DNA of 48,221 nt from Octopus bimaculoides (GCF_001194135.2 NC_068984.1:59351337-59399557), one strand, 5' to 3'; positions 12,253-25,525 are shown, counted from the stretch's first letter. Numbers and translations are program-made. The notes: generated by a model from the letters alone, not told the origin.

Positions 12253-13558
12253 TGGGATTATCCCATAAATAATGCGTTTTTTTTAACACTTATTTTTCAA
12301 AATTAAGATAAACAAAGTTCTTATTTAATCTAAAATATACTCTCCTTAATTTTCTACAATGCTCTTCCATCTATCTGGTAGACTTGCAAGGCCCTCCTTT
12401 CAAAATTCACTTGTCCATGACAAAAAATACTCCTCCAGTACTGTTCTGACCTCATCTACAGAATTCATATTTTTTCCATCTAAATGATTTTGAAGACTGT
12501 GCAATAAACGATAATCAGATGGAGCAACGTCCAGCGAATATGGTGGGTGGGGCATCATTTCCCATTCAAACTGCTCCTGCCTTTGGAATGTCATCCTTGC
12601 TGTATGTGACTGAAGATTATCCTGATGGAAGAACACTTTCCGTCTTGAAATCAAAGATGGTCATTTTTCTTCTAGCACTGATTTAAGCTACTCAAGCTGC
12701 TCACCATAGATCTCCTTTGTTATCATTTGGTTTGAGTTTAAAAGTTCAAAGTGGACTAAACCTTTCATCTCCCACCAAACAGATAACAACACCTTACATG
12801 GGTGAAGATCTTCTTTAGCCTGGGGTGTTGGTGTTTCTCCTTTCCCTACCCACTGTCTTTGGCACTTGACATTTTTATAGAGAACCTATTTCTCATCACC
12901 AGTCATTATTCAGGTTCATTCGTGAGATGTGACAACGAAGAAGAGCACATGTTCACTCTCTACATGTGATAAGACTTGAAAAGTTTGTGAGGAACCCATT
13001 GACCCAATTTGCTGACTTTTCCAATGGCATGCAGGTGTCGATGAATGGTTGAATGACCAAATCCAAGCTTCTCTGCTAGTTCCTCAACAGTTATGATGGG
13101 ATTTTGTTCCACCAGGTTTTGCAGGACGTCCTTGTCAAGCTCTACAGATCTTCCAGGATGAGGCTCATCTTCTAGGTTGTAGTTTCTGGCTCGGAATTTC
13201 TGGAACCACTTGACACTGGCTTACACTTATTGTCCNNNNNNNNNNTGGAACCACTTGACACTGGCTTACACTTATTGTCCAATCCCCATATACTGCATTA
13301 ATATTCCTTGCACTTTCCGTTGCATTGTTGCCTTTATTGAACTTGTAAATCAAAATATGCTGAATATTCTCCTTTGTCACTTCCATCATAACTTTGAAAA
13401 AATAACTGTTAAAATCGAACTGCACTCTTCAAAACTTGCACTATTAATAAGTACAAAGTAAAATTACCACCTGCTTTTATAGCAAGTTGATGCAGGTAGT
13501 TTATCCAACTTTTAGTTCATGCAATTGAAAAAACCGCATTATTTATGGGATGACCCAG
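12253..13558 (-). mobile_element. Full-length decayed mariner (about 1.3 kb)
   Basis: TIRs TGGG(A)TTATCCCATAAATAATGCG and CGCATTATTTATGGGATGACCCAG, each next to TA. Transposase remnants KENIQHILIYKFNKGNNATESARNINAVYGD and FHQDN..HPPYSLDVAPSDYRL (YSPDLAPSD motif). Confidence 0.92.
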
Positions 13559-14293
13559 TATAAAAAGTCTAGGTTGATTCTTGTACAAATTGTACTCAGC
13601 ACTTCACCAACTTTATCAGTCCACCATCCAGGAAGAATTTGAGGGGATAATATCAAATCTTGTGATATATTAGTCAATACACCAAACGTCAGGGTACTAT
13701 CACTACAAGTTAAAATGGAATTGTTTGAGAAGAGGATTTTAGGTTAAAAGGATGGGAAAATCAATGAGTAGCCAGAGTAAGGATGGGGAAATATTGCAAA
13801 GCACTTTGTCCAGCATGCTAATGATTTAGCCAGCTGACTGTTTTAATGATGATGATGATAATAATAATTGTGTAATGTCCATTTTCCATGCTGGCATGGG
13901 TTGGACAGTTTGACTGAAAACTGGTAAGCCAGGGAGCTGCACCAGTTTCCAATCTGATTTGGCAAGGTTTCTGCAGTTGGATGCCCTTCCTAACACCAAC
14001 AACTCTGAGTGTAGTGGGTGTTTTTTATGTGCCATTGACCTGACACCAGCCACAACTATGATCTCACTTAGCTTAACAGGTCTACACTTCTGCAAAATAT
14101 TGTGGTTTGGGATCAAATTTAGATTTTATCATCATCATTACTTCTGATTAAATCAACTCACTCATCCAAAATGTGTGGCTTGGGCTCAGTTTATAAATCA
14201 CTGTTATTTCAAAAGACAGGCAGTAATGGCTTGTATGGAATAAGTTTATAATTTTTCAGACGATTGAAAAATGTTTATACAATCTTTAGATTT

Positions 14294-14555
14294 AGGCACC
14301 AGCATGGCTATGTGGTAAGACGCTTGCTTCCCAACCACATTTCTGGTTTCAATCCCACTGCATGGCACATTGGGCAAGTGTCTTCTATTATAAGCCTTGT
14401 GAGTGGATTTGGTAGACAAACTGAAAGAAGCCTGTCACATATGTATGTGTTTGTGTCTGTTCCCTACCTCTGCTTGACAACCAAGGTTGGTGCGCTTACA
14501 TCCCTGTAACTTAGCAGTTCAGCAAAAGAGATAGATGGAATAAATACTAGGGTTT
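14294..14555 (+). mobile_element. tRNA-derived SINE, second family
   Basis: Head GGCTATGTGGTAAGA.GCTTGCTTCCCAACCAC..GGTTTCAATCCCACTG. Related copies at about 4140-4280 (-), 26890-27180, 28444-28765, 36325-36560 and 36620-36890 (-). Confidence 0.8.
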
Positions 14556-15159
14556 AAAAAATATTCCTTCTAATTAAACTTTTTAAGGCTATCAAAATAT
14601 GAAGATGTTACAAGTGAAAAGCATGAATTACAACCAATATAATTGTTGTAATATCCATTAGCTATCAACTTTAGGTCTCTTCACTACCAATGGAAGATTT
14701 CATTAATCATTCAAACTGTTACATCCATAGTAAAGACTTGACTTTACTGGCTCAATACACTTAGTTGTAAATAGATATCAAGATTTCCTCTAAACCATAT
14801 TAACCCTTTATTATTATACTTCTAATGAAATACAATGCTTAAGGATTTAGAACAGCTTATTGTCTTTCCATTTAGTTGCACATGAAACCATTGTTTGGAG
14901 CAGTTTATCAAAAGGATTTTTGTAAAATTATAAATACTTCAAAATGGAAGCTATCATAGAACTTGTGGAGGTTTCAGGTGAGTTGGTATAAAGAGGATGA
15001 AACAGCAGTGTTTCATTGGATTGTAGAACATCCTGCAAAGCTAATCTGCTATATATGTGTGTGTGTGTGTATATACACACACTATGATAAATTCTTCAGT
15101 GGTGATCCAACTCCTGCCTATACTAGGTTACTTCTGATGGATTATATTTTCTTTTATAG

Positions 15160-15314
15160 ATTCATTCGCAGTATTGCTATTATTGATACAGTGTCTGCTC
15201 GCAAATTCCTTGAAGCTGCTCTCAACTGCGATGACCAAATGCTTTTTTATACAGTGTTCAAATTCTTTGAGCAGCGAAATATTCGCCTTCGAGGTTCACC
15301 AAAATTCCCATCAG
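15160..15314 (+). CDS. RMC1: RMC1 coding exon (Mic1 C-terminal domain)
   Basis: ttttatag acceptor, CAG|GTATGT donor, phase 2-1. Encodes FIRSIAIIDTVSARKFLEAALNCDDQMLFYTVFKFFEQRNIRLRGSPKFPS. Confidence 0.95.
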
Positions 15315-16440
15315 GTATGTAGCAAAAAGTCAATGAACAAATTACGATAATATTCTGATTAACATTCAAGCCTATCTTTAACCATTACTTAGTATTTTAG
15401 GCATATTTGTTTTAAATAAACATCTTTCAGATAATCACTTAATTTTAAAATCATAGTTGAACAGTTGTCATTGATCAGAGCTTAGTAATCATTGGTACAC
15501 TGCAACTCTGATGGCAAGTGAAAAAAAAAGGATTATTTGTAACTTATAAGAGATACCGAGAAAGACTTAGCAGATCTTTTCTAGATGTGCTTAAAGTTGG
15601 AAATTTTAATATTAAGTGAAAATTTTTTTTAGTCAGTCATGCAAGTACACCATTTTTGTCACTATGGAAACAGACATTAATGTGAGATTTAGTCATGTAT
15701 AATGGTTTTTGATTGGCTAAAATTGCCCAAAATTTGCAAATTTTAAAAGCAATATATTTATTTAATTTGTGGCAAATATGTATTTCTTTTTCATAATTAG
15801 TATACAAAACCAAACCAGTATGCCAAATTTGAAAGCAATTGGAACAAAATTGAAGTATGAAATCTGTGATAACTGAAAGGATCCACCTTTGCTTTGAGAA
15901 TATTTTCAGTTTACTGTCATTTAACATCTTTGAGAATATCTACATGACAAGTTTCTGCAGTTTCCATTTACCAAATTTTTTTCCTGCCATTACGTAATAT
16001 AACAATGGAGCTTCTCTCAACACACTGGCTCTTGTAATATTTAAACTCAGTAGGGCAGCAAGCTGGTAGAATTATTAAGCACACTGGGCAAAAATGCTTA
16101 GCATTTTGTCTCGATACATTCTGGGTTTAAATTCCACCAGGGGTTGATATAACACAAATTGCTGGCCTTGTGCCAAAATGTGAAACCAATATTTAAACTT
16201 AATCTTTAGTTCTAAAACTGGATTTTCACATTAGCAACATACACTACAGCTCTATACAGTAATTGCTAAACTTCAGTTTTCAAGGTTTTCCTCTTTTTCA
16301 ATAATGATGGTCATTTTGTACTGCAGCCTGCTTAAGATTTACTATCTGTAATTTTGTGGAGAAAAGTAGTTTACTTTTTACCTATGATTATAAAATGGAA
16401 ATTAAGCCAAAATCATTTAAAAGCTTTTTTTTTGTTTCAG

Positions 16441-16520
16441 GAGAACATTGTGAGCATTATGTCCATCATTTTGAGTCATTATTTGGCACAGAAGCTTTGG
16501 GTGATGTCCAGTCCAGTTAA
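16441..16520 (+). CDS. RMC1: RMC1 terminal coding exon
   Basis: tttcag acceptor, phase 1. Encodes (G)EHCEHYVHHFESLFGTEALGDVQSS* with TAA at 16518-16520; compare human GEHCEEHVAFFKQIFG. AATAAA at 16714-16719. Confidence 0.9.
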
Positions 16521-17930
16521 CTTCCAGAAGAAAAAGTCTTTTACCCATCTAAAAAGAAACTAGGCATGGTTTATTAGATTTGGATATCAATCTTCATGTA
16601 TTAATTCTCTTTTGTCATCTTATCTACTGGATACAGGCTGTTCACTTTTTGAAGTTATCCTTTCTAAGTTTGTAACCTGCCACGAACAGACATGATTGAA
16701 AAATGTACAGTGAAATAAATATTTAAAACAAACTGTTGTGTCTTGGTTCATTCCCAAGTTTTAAGATTACAGTAGTTATAACCTGATTCCCATACGAACT
16801 TCATCCATTTTCAATGTTGGCCTGATGGTGCAGCTCTGGTCCAAGTCCAATCTGATTTGGTTTAGATGGTTGGATGCTCTTCCTAACAGCAACCACTTCA
16901 GTGTGTGGTGGGTGCTTTGAGCGTCACTGGCCCAGGCACTTATGTGACACCAGCACACCCATCCTTTGGAAAGGTTCAGCATTGAGGTCATCCTTCCTCC
17001 AATGTTTTCCTATCTCCTTCCATTAGCTCTTGCCATTGAGTCAATGGCACTTTACAGAATTGTTAGCATCCATCTACATGATCAACCTAGCAGTCTTATC
17101 GCTTCCATACATCTGCTCTTATACTTTTCTCAATACATCTAGCTATGTCACACATGTACACCTAAACTACATTTTTGTATTAGTTTACTCCAAATACCAG
17201 TCTAACAATGACAATTATTTTACTGAATCCCTTTTGAAAAATCGATACAAAAGCAGTGTATTTTAAATATTTAGGTAATTTTCTATCAGGTCTTATGATT
17301 GCATAGCAACTGTGTCAAAGATGCTATGAGAATTTTGGCTGCTATATCTAGACAGTTGAGTGACAACTGTTCACTTACTTGGCTCATTCAGCTCCAATGA
17401 AAGAAATATGTAAGGCATTCCGGAGTATTCTGTTCATCAGTTGCTACAAATTCCAGTTTCACAACCTGCTCAAAACCACCCTTGGTTTTATGATAGAAAC
17501 TTCAGGATTTAAAGTGTTAAAACTCTATAATAATCTGCTTGTTCATTTGCCTATTATACGTTAGTTTGAGAACTGAAAGAGGAGTGAAGAAGATAGGAAG
17601 TCTAAATAAAGGAAGAGGCAAAGAATGAGAAAAATGTGTGGTAGGGAAGGAATATTTATGTGGTTAAAAAGTTAGCTGAAAGTAAAGACAGATAGTGGTG
17701 ATGTGTTGATGTAAGATTGAGTGAAGTGTTAAGAGCTAGCAGTTTCCAGTTATGTATATTTATATTGGCATCATGAGTATCAGACCCAGAAATAATAAAA
17801 AAAACATTTGAACTCTTTTTACAATTTTTTTTATTTACATTACTTTCACTGGTCTCGTAACCATACACTCAAGTAAATCTTTCAGTTCATGTACACTATT
17901 GAAAAATAAATTAGAAAAGGTCCAGATATT

Positions 17931-18080
17931 TTAGAAATCAGCATCAAGTGTGAATGTGTGGTTGGATCCAGACATGACGCCCATTTTTTGATATTCACCA
18001 ACTCTCTTCTCAAAGAAATTAGTCTTTCCTTCCAATGAGATGTGTTCCATAAAATCAAATGGATTCTCAGAGTTGTAAAT
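17931..18080 (-). CDS. RRM2: Ribonucleotide reductase small subunit (R2), exon 7 (terminal)
   Basis: ctttgcag acceptor. Encodes [49 protein letters not shown], with the radical-transfer Tyr (VGEY) and the R1-binding tail FTLDADF. Confidence 0.97.
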   Translation of the reverse strand: MYNSENPFDFMEHISLEGKTNFFEKRVGEYQKMGVMSGSNHTFTLDADF

Positions 18081-18535
18081 CTGCAAAGACAAATGTAAAT
18101 CCCACATTAAAATTGTGCCCACGGAGGTTTTTACTCAAAATATAAACACATTAACATTTGGTAAAATGTTGACCTTAGATCCGATTCTTTATCTACATCA
18201 CCCCATTTGCTCTTGCAATAACCATCCATAATCAAGTACAAATTTGACAAGACCCAGTTAACCCTTTCGTTACTGTATTTATTTTGAGATGCTGTTTCTT
18301 TCAGTTACTATATAAGAAAGAATTTAGGAACATAAACTGTGACTACGGTTTGGTGGAAGATTTTTTAATTCAAAACTTATGCAAACAAGACATTTGTACT
18401 CAGAGCCAGGTTGGTAATGAAAGGGTTAAGATGGAATGTTCTAGTTATGATAGAAAACCTGTTGCACTATAACATTGATGTTCAAACTGAAAAAAAAAAA
18501 AAAAAAAAATTTTAGGAGGGGGAGAAGCAGCTTAC

Positions 18536-18754
18536 CTTCTGACAATTGAGTTCAACAAGAAGTCTGTCTGCGACAAATTCAATGTAAAGTTTCATTAATT
18601 CACAATTCATACCAATTAAATTACAGGGAAGAGCTTCCGTAAGAAATTCCTGCTCAATCTTAACAGCATCACTGATGATCTCATAAACTCTCTCTTGTGA
18701 TGGTGGATTAGCTAAGTGTTTGAACATAAGGCAAGCAAAGTCTGTGTGGAGACC
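18536..18754 (-). CDS. RRM2: R2 exon 6
   Basis: ttttag acceptor, AAG|GTAAG donor, 219 nt. Encodes [14 protein letters not shown]...[16 protein letters not shown] (iron ligand His in GLH). Confidence 0.97.
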
Positions 18755-19671
18755 CTAAAAATATAGAATAAAAGATTAAACATTTACAAGGGGGAAAAAA
18801 AGTTTATTAGGCAACTGGATTAAGTTGTACACAGCTCAGTAATGTTACGTTTTAGCATTGGATTATCCCCCTTTGACAATGTTGCTTAGCCTAGACACTG
18901 ATAAAACCTTTTGTAACCGCCGTCCAGTCTTTGTCCTTACATGTTTTTGATTGATATTAAGCCCTTGTGGCCAATAAAACGAATTAATTATTCATGATGA
19001 AAGTCATTTCAGTGTAAAGAACATCCAGTATGTCCAGTAGGAGTAATTTAAGAGATGCGATTGCTAGCAGGCCTCCGCATGGATTCATGTTAGATTAAGT
19101 TATTCAATATAACTAAAATTATAGTGTCAAAAAAGATTTGTGTACATGCTTCATTAATTAACTGGCTTAAATGCGTGTATTAAGTCTATGTGTATACATC
19201 ATATTCATATGCTTGCCTATGTACATAAATGTCACACATTCTGCAAAATCAAGTCCAGTGCACTGATTGGATTCATTATCAGCATCACCTAATTTAAAAA
19301 CTAATATTTTCACTGTAAAAGATATAGTTATGATGGACTCACATCTGTCAAATGTAATTTATTCACATTGTTTGGAATTAATCATGCATTAGGTCACAGC
19401 TTTGAGACGTCTAGGTGATTGTTTATTTTTACGATGACATAGTAGGGTATAAGAGGCTGGATCTGGCCAGTTAGAATATTTAAAAATACTAAGATGTAAC
19501 TTGCTTTTTTTCTTTAACATCTGTGAATTTTAAACTATGTTGCAAAACTTTTCAATAGGATACAAAAAGAAATACCATCAGAAATTTCATTTTCCCTAAA
19601 TTCTTACTATTATCATTTAGCCTATAATATAATCAGAGAATGAATTATCTTGCAATCAAAATAAAACTTAC

Positions 19672-19897
19672 CTCATCTCTGCTGATTAATTCATTGCTGA
19701 ATGTCAAACCAGGCATGATACCACGCTTCTTTAACCAGAAAATAGCAGCAAAAGAACCAGAGAAAAAGATTCCTTCTACCCCAGCAAAAGCAACAACACG
19801 CTCTGAATATGGGACCTTGTCAGAAATCCATTTCAAAGCCCAATCAGCTTTCTTTTTAATGCATGGCATTGTCTCTATGGCATTGAACAAATAATCC
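19672..19897 (-). CDS. RRM2: R2 exon 5
   Basis: aaatag acceptor, GAG|GTAAGT donor, 226 nt, phase 2-0. Encodes [24 protein letters not shown]...[36 protein letters not shown]. Confidence 0.97.
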
Positions 19898-20582
19898 CTA
19901 TTTTGAAAGGCAAAACAAAAGTATAAATACTTGGACATGAAAACATACTAATAGTTATTTGAACCCCTAACCTATGAACAAAGCAAACCAGCAATGGCCC
20001 CCACTTTCTAAAATTTCCTTAGTGTACCTCATGCAAGAGCAGTGTAACATACTGTATGCATACATTGTGTTATGTCAGTAAATATTGATAATTCTTACTA
20101 TAATTTCAAACAATGAGCAGGTTTCTATAAAAAATCTATGAACAAGTAAAACAACTGGGATGTAGACTTTACTATCTGGTCAAAAAAGCTGAACAATGAC
20201 ATGACCACAGGTCCAATCTCACTGTGAGCCTTAAGTAAATCTGACCAGTGCATGAGTGAGATTTGATAAGCAGAAAACTGCAGAATCAACTACAAATCAG
20301 TGCAACAAAAATGCCTTGTAATATAGTAATGCCACTTTTCACTAAGACAGACACAGCACTTCAATAAAATAAAATACTAGACTAAGTGCAAAAATGGAGG
20401 GGCTTTGAGATATAAGTGACTGAATTATTACATAATTGTTTAAATGCCTTTTGAAAAACAGAATTTCTTTCCTACTTTAGTAAATGTAATGATACATGCC
20501 ACTAACTATAAGTACCTGAATTTGCCTTGCAAGCGATAAGCAATTCCAGTATAAAATGGAGAAAAGCATAACTCACACATAC

Positions 20583-20716
20583 CTCTGTTTAAAATCTTTA
20601 ATGTATGTATCAATAAGGAGACTGTACATTTCAGAATGAATATTTTCAATAGCAATTTGGAATGCGTAAAATGAACGTGCTTCAGAGACCTGGATTTCCT
20701 GATAGAACCGTTCAAC
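20583..20716 (-). CDS. RRM2: R2 exon 4 (not in the ORF track in this frame)
   Basis: ttttcatag acceptor, AG|GTATGT donor, 134 nt, phase 0-2. Encodes [44 protein letters not shown](R), with the ENIHSEMY iron-ligand and tyrosyl-radical motif. Confidence 0.97.
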
Positions 20717-21161
20717 CTATGAAAAGGGTTCAGAAAAGAAGAAAAAAATATTAGAGCAATTTTTTTTCAAAATGTTAAAATGAAGATGTAAATTACATAT
20801 TTTTATCACTATCACTCCAGCACAGCAACTACCACAATCAAAGGTCACCAGCTAACAAGCAGCCCATCTTTAACCCATGACCAACTATCACTAACTTTGT
20901 AGAAAGGAAAAATCAGGTGTAACAACATTTGGCTCACATTAAGTGAAATGCCCAGAGAAACAGCTTATTTGTCTTTTATAAAAATTGCATATTTGTCTTT
21001 AAAAAAAAAGAAATGGCCTATACTTAGGCTATACAGAAAATCTAACTTTATCCATGCTACATGGCACCAATTAGCATCCTTTTGTTTTCATTTACTGATC
21101 AACCTTTCTGATATAACCACCTTAGCTTCGTTGGTGACAATGTAAGCCTAAGGTTAATGTA

Positions 21162-21735
21162 TTAGGTTGTCCAGAAAGTTTGTGCCAATTTATAGTAGCT
21201 TACCTTTCGACTTATTTTAGAACATGGTTGAGTCCATAAAATAGGATTTGACTATACCTTCATTTAGAGCACAGTTTAAGCTATCTTTTTGTGGAAGAAG
21301 GTTTATGTTCCTATAACCCATGTTAACTCTGTAACCCTTTAAAATGGAAGATAAAGTTCATTTTCAGCACTTTTCTTTTTCCATAAAGGAAAAAAATGCC
21401 TCAAAGCAACCAAAGAAATATGCACAGTTTACAGTGATGTTTCTTTATCCAAAAGAACTGTACGAAAGTGCTTCACAAGGTTCCGAGCTGGAGATTATAG
21501 CCTTATTGATAAAGAGCAATCAAACACCATCCACTACAGATGATGACCAAATCAAGTCATTGAGAATAACCCACATTGCACAACCAGAGATTTGGCAGAA
21601 AGCCTCAACCTATCAAAATCCGTCGTTGATGAGCACCTGGTAAAGCTTGGGTACACAAATTGCTACGATGTTTGGGTACCACATGAGTTGAGTAAGAACC
21701 TTTTGGAAAATCGGCAAACTTTCCCGACAACCCAA
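21162..21735 (+). mobile_element. Internally deleted mariner in RRM2 intron 3
   Basis: TIRs TA-TTAGGTTGTCCAGAAAGTTTG and CAAACTTTCCCGACAACCCAA-TA. Frameshifted N-terminal transposase ending in YDVWVPHEL. Confidence 0.9.
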
Positions 21736-22369
21736 TACATTAATCAGACTGAGCAGCATTTTAACAATTTTGTACACAACTTACCAAACAAATCAGAAAT
21801 TTATTTAACATAAACGATTGCAGAAAAAAAAAAATTTATTGAAAGAATTATGTCTCAGAACCCAAAATTGAAACCAGAGAATAGTTAAGTTTTCTGCAGG
21901 AACAAATAGATATTTATGAAAAGCATACATTATTCTTGCGGCTTACAGCTAAAGACCTGATTACATAGGTGTGCTGAGCAACTGACTTTTGCACAACCCA
22001 TTGCAATAGAAGACCATATCTGATTCTATGGTAAAAACTTCCTATTTTAAATTCATTTAAATTAAAACTAGATATTCATTATTTTCCCAATTAATTGAAA
22101 GAAACGCAGTGCATTTCAATAGAAATTTAACAATGAGTAAAATAGCATAAATGTTGAAATTAGAAGTCTCAAATCGTGACTTTTTTTTCTTTTTTTACCT
22201 CTTTTGTATACGATTTAAAAAGTTAAGGACTTTAAAAATATATCATCCATTTCATGGCACCAAGAGCAATGATGATTAAACCACTTCAAGATCTAACAAA
22301 TTCACAATACAAGATCATGCAATATGATCAAAAACAATGCTCTCCAGGACAGAATGAAGAATATCTTAC

Positions 22370-22639
22370 CAAGTTTTCATTAACAATTCCATCACTTGCA
22401 GCAAAAAAAGCCAAGACATGAGAAATGAAATGCTGTTCATCAGTTTTCAATTTTTCCCAGTGGCCCAAATCCTTTGATAAATCAACCTCTTCCACAGTCC
22501 AGAAAGAAGCAACAGCTTTCTTATACATGCTCCATATGTCTTGATATTGAATAGGAAACATTACAAAACGGTTTGAGCTTTCTTGTAACAGGGGCTCTAC
22601 CTCAACTTTCTTAGTCATTTTCTCATCCTTCTTGTAGAT
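22370..22639 (-). CDS. RRM2: R2 exon 3
   Basis: ttcattttag acceptor, TTG|GTAAGA donor, 270 nt, phase 0-0. Encodes [57 protein letters not shown]...[13 protein letters not shown]. Confidence 0.95.
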
Positions 22640-23428
22640 CTAAAATGAACAAAAAAATAAAAATATTCAAAATATGAATTTCAGATAATTGCATTGTAAT
22701 TCCATACCAATGCAAGTTGATTTAACCTAACTGGAAATATCCGTAAACAAGTGATTAACACCAAATTAACAGATAGATATATGAATTTGTAACATTTTCT
22801 TCAAGAGAACCTGTAGAAATAACATGTAAACACACTCAAGTCACATGTTCCTCAGATAACTTAGCAGCCATAATACAGTTATTTTGTGACAAACTATATT
22901 GAGCTGGCTGGCATTTTACTCTTCAGTGTTTATCTACCAATCTGTCCATACAGATGTGAAGACTGAACTTAAAAACCAGTCCCTCAAGCAATTCTTCTAA
23001 CAATGACTATTACTACTGCCTATAGTGCAGCCTTTCGATGAAATCAAGCAAGAATCTGAGAGGAATAGAGCTTATTCATCATTCTGATGGCTCACACTGC
23101 AACTGCCACACACGCATGCACACTCAAAGTAAAAGCAGCAATGACAATACGAACTATAGAAAAAAGCCCTGGAGCCACCCCAGTTAACTCACCTGCCCCA
23201 AATATAACTATCATCAACCCATCTTGAAAACTGTTATAGAATATAGACATGTTAAAAGTAAAAAAAAAATCCTAATTAAAATGAGCAACCACTAACTGCA
23301 CTAGGTAAGAAGTTCAGTGAACCTAATTTCATATTAACTAAGACATCCCACTACTAATGTTCTTGTTCTAACAAATTCTTAATGATAATTCATGATTCAC
23401 CAATAAAATTTTGAAATTGTAACATTAC

Positions 23429-23455
23429 CTGCTCTTGAGGAAGAGGAATAATATT
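23429..23455 (-). CDS. RRM2: R2 exon 2, 27-nt microexon
   Basis: Very strong U-tract + ttttcag acceptor, CAG|GTAATG donor, phase 0-0. Encodes NIIPLPQEQ and joins exons 1 and 3 in frame. Confidence 0.75.
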
Positions 23456-24249
23456 CTGAAAAGAAAAAAAAAAAGAAAAAAAATTACAGAAGTCACAAAT
23501 TAATAGATTTCTACAACTGTAATACAAATGCATCAGCTAGTACAGAGCAATGGTTCTTGACCGTTTTTTACCGATGGACTCCAATTTCTATGGCATTTTT
23601 TCGGCATTAGCAGCATAAATGTCAAACTCGATCAGCTGGACCGTTCATTAAGTTCTGTAAAAAATTTAATACCTCCACCTTGCCTCAGCAAAGGCAGAGG
23701 TATTGTTTTCAGTCATGTTTGTTTGTCTGTGGACAAGATTTCTCAAACACTACTGGATGGATTCAGATGAAACTTTCAGGGATGTTTGGCCTTGTGACTG
23801 GCATGAACTGATTAGATTTTGGGATTGATCCGGTACCGGATAAGGATATTTTTCATTGAGAGGACTTTGGTGTTGCCTTGGCAGAGGTTTGTGCTGAGTG
23901 CTTGTTTAATTTTGTTTTCATGACATGAAAGGCGACATTTGCTTTGAAGTGACAGGAGAAAGTGAAAGATGTGTGTATATGAAAGATAGTGGGTATACGT
24001 CTGTGTGTATGGATGCACTGTGTTCAGCTGTATTTGTAGTTAGTCACACACACATACACCCATTATCTTTCATATACAAGTACATACATAAATACATATG
24101 CATACAGCTTTTTTGAATGTGAGAGTGAAGGTGTGTTCTCGTGTGCATTATTTTGCATGTATGTCCAAGCGGCTAGGGTTCGTTCTTACCTGCTTCATTT
24201 GTTTCACAAAAGACAGGAATTTAAACTCTTCAGCATCATAAATTTCCCA

Positions 24250-25440
24250 GAGCTAGATAAAACTGTCTGACACTTTATATGTACCTGTTTAATCTAGAGT
24301 GTAGGAATCGCATATGCACAAACACATGCATACCAGCAAGCTGAGAATGGATGTGGGCCCAAGATGGGTTTACAAGGAAAATCATATAGAACCTACAAAG
24401 GCAATGACTGGTAAAAAAGGAAACCAAACCAGTCTGCAAGTTAAATGTAAAGGGTACCTGCTGACCTTGGGACAGGCAGCAGATTTGCAGTACTCGTTCC
24501 ACTCGCCTGAAGACCAGGAAGAACAGCCTCCAACAATACAGTCAGGTCACAAAGATACAATGGAAATATGTGGATGGTGCACACACTGCTCCCAGGAAGA
24601 AAACTGTGGATTCAGTGCAGACAGCTGCTGCTGAACAGGCTTTTTTGGGAGGTTGCACAAAAGACTGTTGTAAGGCAGCTGACCTGGCTTCAGACATCTT
24701 GTGAAAGGAACACATACCAGTATTCACAACCACCTCAGACAACAAAGGATCCAGGATGGCCACCTCTGCATATATCAGACCAGTGGCCACTACCAACACT
24801 CTACAGGTCACATTAATATTCTTGCTGAACATCAGGGGCCTCATAACGTCCCAACAACGCATAACTACCGGAGAGACTTAGTGACATGTAATCAAGCAAT
24901 GTGTATTACAAACCAAAAACCATGCTGGTCCTATGGAGTATCTGTCCTCGGCAGTTTAGACTACTGCTCTCCACTGTGGTCACCCTAGTGTCAAATTAAT
25001 AGCAGAACTGGAGGCAGTTCAGCAACCTTACACAAGGAAGATTGCATCAATAGAACAACAGCTGAGCTACTGAGAGAGCTACGACTACTCCTTGGAGTAA
25101 AGACAGGAGAGGTATGCAGTGATAGGTGTTAAAGATACTGGAGGGGCAGGCACCAAAATGGAATTGAGTTATACCAGACCCCAAATTGGACGTCACTGCA
25201 CTGTTCCAAAGGAACCAGCTGTCCCATCTAAGGTGAGAACCATATACTGCAATAGCTTGGGATCCGAAGGCCAACAGTTATAACGCCTTACCAAAACATC
25301 TCACGGCTCTCCATGGAGTGAGGGTAGATGTTTTCAAGAAACAACTTGACCTCTTGCTACCTAAGATCCCAGATGAACCAATATCGAGATAAGAAACTAA
25401 AAAGAGGGCAGTAGTGTCGAACTCCCTCCTTCACCAAAAG
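24250..25440 (+). mobile_element. Decayed CR1/L2-group LINE, 3' part
   Basis: Broken frames give LDYCSPLWSP, IAELEAVQ and (Y)SLE..ERY-type motifs of the CR1/L2 RT C-terminus. Confidence 0.7.
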
Positions 25441-25525
25441 TAAATTTCAAAACATTTCTGTACTTATGGTTACGGTTGGAGAAAAAAGTCAAAATTGAAG
25501 AAATTGGGGGGAAAATTTCACAATG

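Noticed and set aside
13201-13280. 35-bp tandem duplication TGGAACCACTTGACACTGGCTTACACTTATTGTCC around 10 Ns
   Set aside because: Identical sequence on both sides of a minimal gap is typical of an unmerged contig overlap, not biology.
22708-22730. Possible 23-nt RRM2 exon (CAG acceptor, GTATGG donor), plus an acceptor at 22811
   Set aside because: Exons 1, 2 and 3 already join in phase 0; these would shift the frame, have weaker signals and have no homology support.
18860-23010. Search for hammerhead ribozyme cores (CTGATGA...GAAA) near Penelope-like fragments, e.g. about 18880-18910 and 22960-23000
   Set aside because: No site had both conserved cores with flanking stems.
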